A DNA stretch of 64,000 bases, taken from the human T2T-CHM13v2.0 reference genome, Homo sapiens. Numbering within the stretch: position 1 is the stretch's first letter; each line of letters begins with the position of its first letter. A program made the position numbers and the translations under genes. Location of the stretch: the NCBI RefSeq assembly GCF_009914755.1, contig NC_060931.1. One strand, 5' to 3'. Shown here one piece after another: positions 58,674 to 64,000 of the stretch. Below the pieces are notes generated by a model. It was given only the letters and a program-made list of their open reading frames with translations. It searched no databases and had not been told where the DNA came from.

Positions 58674-58978
58674 GGCCGGGTATGGTGGCTCATGCCTGTC
58701 ATTCCAGCACATTGAAAGGCCAAGGCGGGTGGGTCACCTGAGTTCAGGAGTTCAAGACCAGCCTGACCAACTTGGTGAAACCCCATCTCTGCTAAAAACA
58801 CAAAAATTAGCCAGGTATGGTGGCGCATTTCTGTAATCCCAGCTACTCAGGAGGCTGAGGCAGGAGACTCACCTGAACCCAGGAGGTGGAGGTTGCAGTG
58901 AGTGGAGATCACACCACTGGACTCTAGCCTGGGCAGCGAGAGTAAAACTCTGCCTCAAAAAAAAAGAAAAGAAAAGAA
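58674..58978 (+). mobile_element. Alu (AluS-like)
   Basis: GGCCGGGTATGGTGGCTCATGCC; TSD-like GAAACTCAATCATCA on both sides. Confidence 0.9.
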
Positions 58979-59305
58979 ACTCAATCATCAATATTTAGTC
59001 ACTCTTAAGACTGACCCAGGAATAACAGAGCAGATAAAATCCAGCAAATTAGACTTCATTCAAGTACTTAGGTGTACTGTGAGCCACCATGGTGCCTCTA
59101 AACACCATGGAGGCAGTGGTCACTATTCTTGCACTGATGAAGATGGCTGTGTACAGGATTGGGGACTTCAGGGGCAATGGAAAGTGCCAGGACTGCAGCT
59201 CAGAGCCAGGCTTTTCCATGAAGGACTTATGGCCACACTTGTCACCTCTAGCTAGAAAAACATTTTAGTAGAAATGTCATTTTATTGTTTTAATTCCAGA
59301 AATGA

Positions 59306-59684
<379 letters not shown>

Positions 59685-59997
59685 TAATAACCCTCCTCCT
59701 TTGGTTGCTGCAAACTGGCACATTTCAGGCTAAACTTTCATCTACACGGAAACAACAAGATCTTCTTTACTACCCCTTCAACCTTGTGAGCATGCTATTA
59801 AAAAAAATAAAAATAAAAAACTTTGCACAAAGAATTAATGGAATGGGAAATTTAAAAAGTAAGCAGAGGCCTGTTTAGATTACAAGAGGCATAACAACCA
59901 AAGTTAGCACATGAAGATTGTTTGGATCCAGATTTAAAGCAAAATTTTTCAGATAATGAGAAAATGAGATACTGTTCAGGTAAGAGTGAGGAAACTT

Positions 59998-60317
59998 GGC
60001 TAGGTGCAGTGGCTCACACCTGTAATCCCAGCACTCTGGGAGGCCGAGGTGGGAGGATCACCTGAGGTCAGGAGTTCAAGACCAGCCTGGCCAATATGGC
60101 GAAACCCCGTCTCTACTAAAAATACAAAAATTAACCGGGTGTGGTGGCATGCGCCTGTAATCCCAGCTCCTCAGGAGGCTGAGGCAGGAGAATTGTTGGA
60201 GCACAGGGGGCAGAGGCTGCAGTGAGCCGAGATTAGAACATTGCACTGCAGCCTGGGCGACAGTGCAAGACTCTGTCTCAAAAAAAAAAAAAAAAAAAAA
60301 AAAAAAAGAAAGAAAAG
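59998..60317 (+). mobile_element. Alu (AluS-like)
   Basis: GGCTAGGTGCAGTGGCTCAC plus poly-A; AAGAGTGAGGA.ACT on both sides. Confidence 0.9.
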
Positions 60318-60638
60318 AGTGAGGAGACTCAGCTAAGGGCTGCATATGAGCTGATACCAAAAAAATCATTGTTCATTTTGTCAGATGTGATGAGATAGTG
60401 GCTGTGTAGGAATACATAAATGCTGTTCGGGGATGCACACTGAACAGATAAAATGATGTGATGACTGATTTGCTTTACAATATTCCTGCAAAGGGAGGTA
60501 AAAGAACAGAAGAACAAAATGTGGGACAATCTTAAAGATCACAGAAATTGAGGAATGGGTATTTTAGCGGTCATTGTACTATTTTCTCTACTTCTGAATA
60601 GGTATAAAAATTGTAATTTAAAAATGTAAAATAAAACA

Positions 60639-60957
60639 GCCAGGCGCAGTGACTCATACCTGTAATCCCAGCACTTTGGGAGGCCGAGACAGGTGGATCA
60701 CATGAGTCAGGAGTTCGAGACCAGCCTGGTCAACATGGTGAAAGCCTGTCTCTACCAAAAATACAAAAAACAAAAAAAAGTCAGCCAGGTATGGTGGCAG
60801 GTACCTGTAGTCCCAGCTACTCAGGAGGCTGAGGCAAGAGAATCACTTGAATCCAGGAAGCAGAGGCTGAAGTGAGCTGAGACTTCGCCACTGCACTGCA
60901 ACCTGGGTGACAGAGTGAGAATCCACCTCAAAAAAAAAAAAAAAAGAAAAGAAAAAA
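60639..60957 (+). mobile_element. Alu (AluS-like)
   Basis: GCCAGGCGCAGTGACTCA plus poly-A. Confidence 0.88.
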
Positions 60958-61215
60958 GTATAAATAAATTGATTAATCCCTGCTCTGAAGCCACATCCAA
61001 ACAGAACTCTAAAAAAAGATTCAAGCAATTTACTGTGCTGTTTATATACACATCTCCCTCACACCTCTGTAACATTTAAATATTTTACAACATGATGGGT
61101 GGGAGTGGCTCAAAGCTGGACATGCTGGCATGTGCCTGTAGCCCCAGCTACTTAGGAGACTGAGGCAGGAGGATAACTTGAGCACAGGAGTTCTAGTCCA
61201 GCCCAGACAACATAA

Positions 61216-61516
<301 letters not shown>

Positions 61517-62429
61517 CAATCCTGTTTCTTTAAAAAGAAAGGTTGGGGAGCTGTCAGGGAGCTCACTGATGAATTATTTTGGCAATAACAACAATTGCTA
61601 TGAAAACGCAACTATAAAATCCAAAATTGTATCTATTCCCAGATCTTTCTCCTTACTTCCAAACTCATTTATCCAACTGTCTCCTCCACCTCCACACCTC
61701 AACTTAAATGTCAACTCAAAATAAATTAACAATTAATTTCTGTGTTCTTAGACTGGCTTTCCTCTAACATCTCAAGACCTGTCTTAAATTCTTAATGTTA
61801 TTAGCACCAAATCTGAAGGACTCTAGTATAGAGACTCTTTGATATAAGAAACATGTGTTTTTGAGAAACCACACAAAATGAAATAATTATTATAGCTGTA
61901 AAAACAAATATGCCCATAAACAAAAAACAGTAAAGGATTAGAGGCTTTTAGTCACACTAGAGAGTGATGTTAAATTAAATTATTCTGTTAATTCAAGAAA
62001 ATATATAAACCTAATTCTAACAAATTTTCTATAAAATAAAAAAGAACCAATTGTTGAAGGTGAGAGTGAAAAAAGTGGAAGTTTTAGAAAGAGGTGAGGC
62101 CAACTGCAGAATGTGCTCATCACATATCATCAAGGCTGCCCCAATCACACCCTCTGCCTCCTCATCCCCTTATTCTACTTAATTCTACCCCAGACCTTAA
62201 CACCTTACACTGTAAATATCTCCTACTTACTACACATTTCCCCACCAGATTGAATGCTCCAGACTGTATGGGGCAGTTCCCCTGCACCTGACTCACAGGT
62301 GCCAAATGACTGCAGGATTATGAGGCTGAAAGTAGTAAACATTTCCTCAATACTTGCAGTGGTTCACAGCCATGAAAAATCCAAGATTTCCTCTCTCTCT
62401 TTCAGGAACCTTAAAGAAAGCAGCAATAC

Positions 62430-62757
62430 TGTCAGAAGCATTTGAAAGAGAGCAACTCGATCTTAAGTAGGAGCTGGGTAAAATGAGGCTAAGACTTACT
62501 GAGCTGCATTCCCAGATGGTTAAGGCTAAGTCACAGGGTGAGGGAGGTCAGCACAATATACAGGTCATAAGGACCTTGCTGATAAAATGGGCTGCAGTAA
62601 AAAAGCCAGCCAAAACCAAGATAATGACGAGAGTGACCTCTGCTCATCCTCACTGCAATACACCCATCAACTCCATGGCAGTTTACAAATGCCATGGCAA
62701 TGTCAGAAAGTTGTTCTGTATGGTCTAAAAGGTGAACCATAAAATTAATCCACTCCT
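62430..62757 (+). mobile_element. MER41A-like ERV1 LTR, 5' part
   Basis: TGTCAGAAGCATTTGAA.AGAGCAACTC..TCTT.AGTAGGAGCTGGGTAAAATGAGGCT...GCTGCATTCCCAGATGGTTAAGG...CAGTTTACAAATGCCATGGCAA. Confidence 0.85.
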
Positions 62758-63448
<691 letters not shown>

Positions 63449-63654
63449 TTAGTTGAAGGGGAAAAAACAGACTTATCAAATTTTTTTGCAAAAAAGCTGA
63501 TCCATCATTTTCCACAATTCAGTGATTCTGGCATACCATACTTCCTTCCCCATCAAAATCACAGGAATACAAGTTTTCTCAATCTAATGAATTTAATAAC
63601 TTGGGTTATTAAATATTATTATAAAATAGGCAGTATTTTTCTTTCCTGTGACTA

Positions 63655-63947
63655 TTTTTTTTTTTTTGAGATGGAGTCTCGCTCTGTAGCACACACTGGA
63701 GTGCAGTGGCATGATCTCGGCTCACTGCAAGCTCCGCCTCCCAGGTTCATGCCATTCTCCAGCCTCAGCCTCCTGAGTAGCTGGGACTACAGGCACCCGC
63801 TACCACGCCCGGCTAATTTTTTGTATTTTTAGTAGAGACAGTGTTTCACCGTGTTAGCCAGGATGGTCTTGATCTCCTGACCTCGTGCTCCACCCGCCTC
63901 ATCGTCCCAAAGTGCTGGGATTACAAGCATGAGCCACCGCACCTGGC
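63655..63947 (-). mobile_element. AluY
   Basis: Diagnostic CAAGCTCCGCCTCCC, GCCATTCTCC and CGTGTTAGCCAGGATGGTCTTGATCTCCTGACCTCGTG. Confidence 0.9.
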
Positions 63948-64000
63948 ACCTGTAACTAATATTATTTCTAAGATCCAGAATGTATTTATTACTGAAACAA

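Noticed and set aside
59083-59115. Small inverted repeat GCCACCATGGTG-CCTCTAAA-CACCATGGAGGC with a Kozak-like ATG
   Set aside because: Only a 12-bp imperfect stem, with no supported ORF or RNA family; could be chance.
62430-62757. MER41 as an interferon-inducible STAT1 enhancer
   Set aside because: It looks like MER41A and is cut off by Alus; no tandem GAS motifs of the MER41B type are seen.

Overview
Primate (hominoid-like) genomic DNA with no intact protein-coding gene that I can support. 1-~24.96 kb is a very GC/CpG-rich tandem macrosatellite that runs off the window's 5' edge: 13 complete units of 1742-1982 bp (mode 1838) plus a partial 14th. Each unit is a higher-order repeat of a degenerate ~32-bp monomer (GGGAGGCAGGAGCTGGGCCTGGAGAGGCCGCC-like) and carries a 48-bp VNTR of 4-9 copies. 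The distal units form a ~3.59-kb dimer. The array grades into a ~5-kb diverged, CpG-decayed monomeric layer (~25-30 kb) that ends against a truncated MER1A. This layered organisation, together with an apparent pre-expansion copy of the VNTR site, is the most interesting signal. 30-64 kb is Alu-dense mosaic segmental-duplication DNA. It holds three paralogous MER1A+flank+AluJ modules, a CALM2-like processed pseudogene, and a full-length dead L1PA3/4-type LINE-1 that keeps the ZNF93-site segment. It also holds MER21, MER41A, MLT1, MIR and L2 relics, and decayed intron-separated exons of a GTF2I pseudogene on the minus strand. Family names come from recalled consensus sequences; no database search was run.
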